Assembly: GCA_045106895.1 (NCBI GenBank)
Contig: JBGCFM010000020.1
Location: 1-45,544 of the forward strand
Source: Polyangiales bacterium
GTDB lineage: Bacteria > Myxococcota_A > Polyangia > Polyangiales > Houyiibacteriaceae
Reading direction: 5' to 3'
Length of the DNA stretch: 45,544 bases
Part shown: positions 43,779-45,544 of the stretch, piece after piece
Layout: each line of letters starts with the position of its first letter
Numbering within the stretch: the stretch's first letter is position 1
Notes under the pieces: generated by a model
Told to the model about the DNA's origin: nothing
The model's input: the letters and a program-made list of their open reading frames with translations, nothing else
The model's database searches: none
Program-made: the position numbers and the translations under genes

Positions 43779-44657
43779 ATGCTGCTCCTCCCCAACATTC
43801 CGGCCCCCTCGTTCGCCGGACTGGAAAACGCAATTGTCTCCAGTCTGTGTGGCCTCACCGGAATCGTTTGCGCCTTCCTCTCCGTGTGCGCCGTCATGTA
43901 CTTGGTGGGGCGTCTGCAGAATGAACGTCTCAAACGCTGGGATGAATACCTGGTCATCATCGCGCCACACTTCTTCTTGGGGACAGCGCTCATCCTCGCC
44001 CGCGTCCGCCTTCCGTTTTACGCGATGGGCGCTCAGTGGGTCGGCATCGTCGCGCTCTTCGCGCTCATCGTCGCTGGCTGGCGGCGTGCTCCCAGACGCT
44101 TCGTCGGGCTCTTTTCGCCAAGCCGTCTCGTTGGCCTTGGAACGTGCGTCGCGTTGCTTTGGGTCGCCGCGCTCTTCTCGATGCTGCATTCGCATCTTGC
44201 CCTTGAAGAGTGCCTTGAGTGGGCGGCGCTCACTCCCCCAAACGTCTCACTGATCGTCTTCTTGTCCTGGCTCTCATTGATCCCAGCGTGGAGAGGCAAG
44301 GTAAAGGGCATTGAGAACGCTCCGCGCCACGAAGGCGTCTGGCGGAGCAGCGGGGATGGGTTTGTGCTGGATGTTGGCGACGAGACCTATCGAGTCGAGC
44401 TCGCGGGCGCCCACCATAAAGAGAAGAATGTCTCTCTCGGGAAAACATGCGTGGTCTTTGGTGCACCCTCCGCCCAAGGGGGCGGCCCTTTCCGCGAGAT
44501 GGGAACGCTCGTCGCGTCTCACGTCGTCGCAGGGACCTGGGAGGAGTACCGGCAGTCCCTTCTTGATGGGCTTCACTGCGTGCATATCGTCTCCCTCGTT
44601 GTGCTTTGGGGCCTCGCGTTCTCCGCCCTCGAGCTGATGCTCGTGGCCTCGTCCTAG
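43779..44657 (+). CDS. Hypothetical multi-pass membrane protein
   Basis: About six hydrophobic segments with a soluble loop containing GGGPFRE. Confidence 0.65.
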   Translation: MLLLPNIPAPSFAGLENAIVSSLCGLTGIVCAFLSVCAVMYLVGRLQNERLKRWDEYLVIIAPHFFLGTALILARVRLPFYAMGAQWVGIVALFALIVAGWRRAPRRFVGLFSPSRLVGLGTCVALLWVAALFSMLHSHLALEECLEWAALTPPNVSLIVFLSWLSLIPAWRGKVKGIENAPRHEGVWRSSGDGFVLDVGDETYRVELAGAHHKEKNVSLGKTCVVFGAPSAQGGGPFREMGTLVASHVVAGTWEEYRQSLLDGLHCVHIVSLVVLWGLAFSALELMLVASS

Positions 44658-44779
44658 AAAGTGAGGCGCACCTGCGCTTCGCACGAGCGGGGCCCACACA
44701 TAGCGCTCGCGCTTGGGGCGTCTTCGGCGACGTCGGCGGGAGGGTCTGGAAGGTAGCTGTTGTCGGCTTTCTGTGTGGT

Positions 44780-45544
44780 TTAGTCCGCGAAGGGCGGGGT
44801 ATAGCGAAACCCAGCGCCCACCGAAGCACTTTCCCGCTCTCGAAAGAGACCCACTTCGTTTCCAAGCAAGGTCTCTCCGAACAAGGACCAGTCTCCGTGG
44901 GTGGTGTGGAAGGTCGCTCCTGCCCGAATGAGCAAACGCCGTTCAGTGCCAACCTCGGCGCCGCCAACGATGAACTCACCGTGGAGGGCGGCGAAGAGGC
45001 TTGTGTATTCGCCAAAGCCGTAGCCGATGGCGCCGTGGAGGTGGGCTTCGAAGCCAAGGTACTGGCCGAGGTTTCCGGTGCCGCATGCATTGTCGAGGTC
45101 ACTCACGAAGACAAATTGGCGGCGGATGGTGCACGTGTGGAGGTGCATGCGAACGACGGCGCCGGCGTCGACAAAGAGGCGCCCGGATTCCCAACGTCGG
45201 GAAGCGTGGGCGCCGATGGCGTTGAGATAAAGAAAAGGCGCGTCGGGGTACTCGAGGGTGCCGACTTCGCTGACGGACTCGTGGTCACTTTCGTGAAAGA
45301 GGTGGGCGCCAACGCGGTAGTCCCCAACCAAGGCGTCCATGGAGAGGCGAATGAGTCCTCGCCAGAACTTCGCCGGGAACAAGCTGCCGCTCGGGTCGTG
45401 AATGTCGACGGCTCCGGCCAGCGTGACCCAGAGGCCTCCGTCGGTACGCGCGATGGGAATCGTTGTTCCAACACGAACGCGGAACTCGTCTCGGTAGGAG
45501 AGCTCCATGGTCTCGTCGTTCGGATTGGCGCTCACGGCCATCGG
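44780..45544 (-). CDS. Putative outer-membrane beta-barrel protein (DUF1207-like?), probably 5'-truncated
   Basis: The frame is open to the window edge. Amphipathic beta-strands, an HLFHESDH motif and a terminal VGAGFRY strand. Confidence 0.55.
   Translation of the reverse strand, partial: PMAVSANPNDETMELSYRDEFRVRVGTTIPIARTDGGLWVTLAGAVDIHDPSGSLFPAKFWRGLIRLSMDALVGDYRVGAHLFHESDHESVSEVGTLEYPDAPFLYLNAIGAHASRRWESGRLFVDAGAVVRMHLHTCTIRRQFVFVSDLDNACGTGNLGQYLGFEAHLHGAIGYGFGEYTSLFAALHGEFIVGGAEVGTERRLLIRAGATFHTTHGDWSLFGETLLGNEVGLFRERESASVGAGFRYTPPFAD

Overview
A GC-rich bacterial chromosomal window with the gene content of a myxobacterium (Myxococcota, probably Polyangiales-like). This is an inference from the MYXO-CTERM tail, many Cys-rich and DA-repeat lipoproteins, the DUF1592/DUF1552 pair, the AgmX/PglI-type C-terminal domain and Myxococcus-type LexA boxes. 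Recognisable core genes are a 5'-truncated DUF3516-type helicase, an SPFH protein, a 2-oxoacid dehydrogenase E1a-E1b-E2 operon, the imuA-imuB-dnaE2 SOS mutagenesis cassette with two back-to-back LexA-box-like sites, a PAP2 phosphatase, a PP2C phosphatase, an LNS2-type HAD phosphatase and rtcB. I found no rRNA, tRNA, CRISPR array, transposase or intact prophage. The best candidates for undescribed biology are: (1) a zinc-ribbon/pseudokinase/kinase + TPR + Cys-rich lipoprotein operon bracketed by three recently duplicated small V4R/H-NOX/DUF2378-like genes (34424-41147); (2) a structured leader with a paired palindrome and an SD-occluding hairpin upstream of rtcB; (3) a nested-palindrome element after the helicase; (4) an orphan phage CII-like gene next to a MYXO-CTERM-anchored M15 peptidoglycan peptidase; and (5) a beta-clamp-motif-like tail on ImuA. 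All family assignments come from motif recognition by eye, with no database searches.
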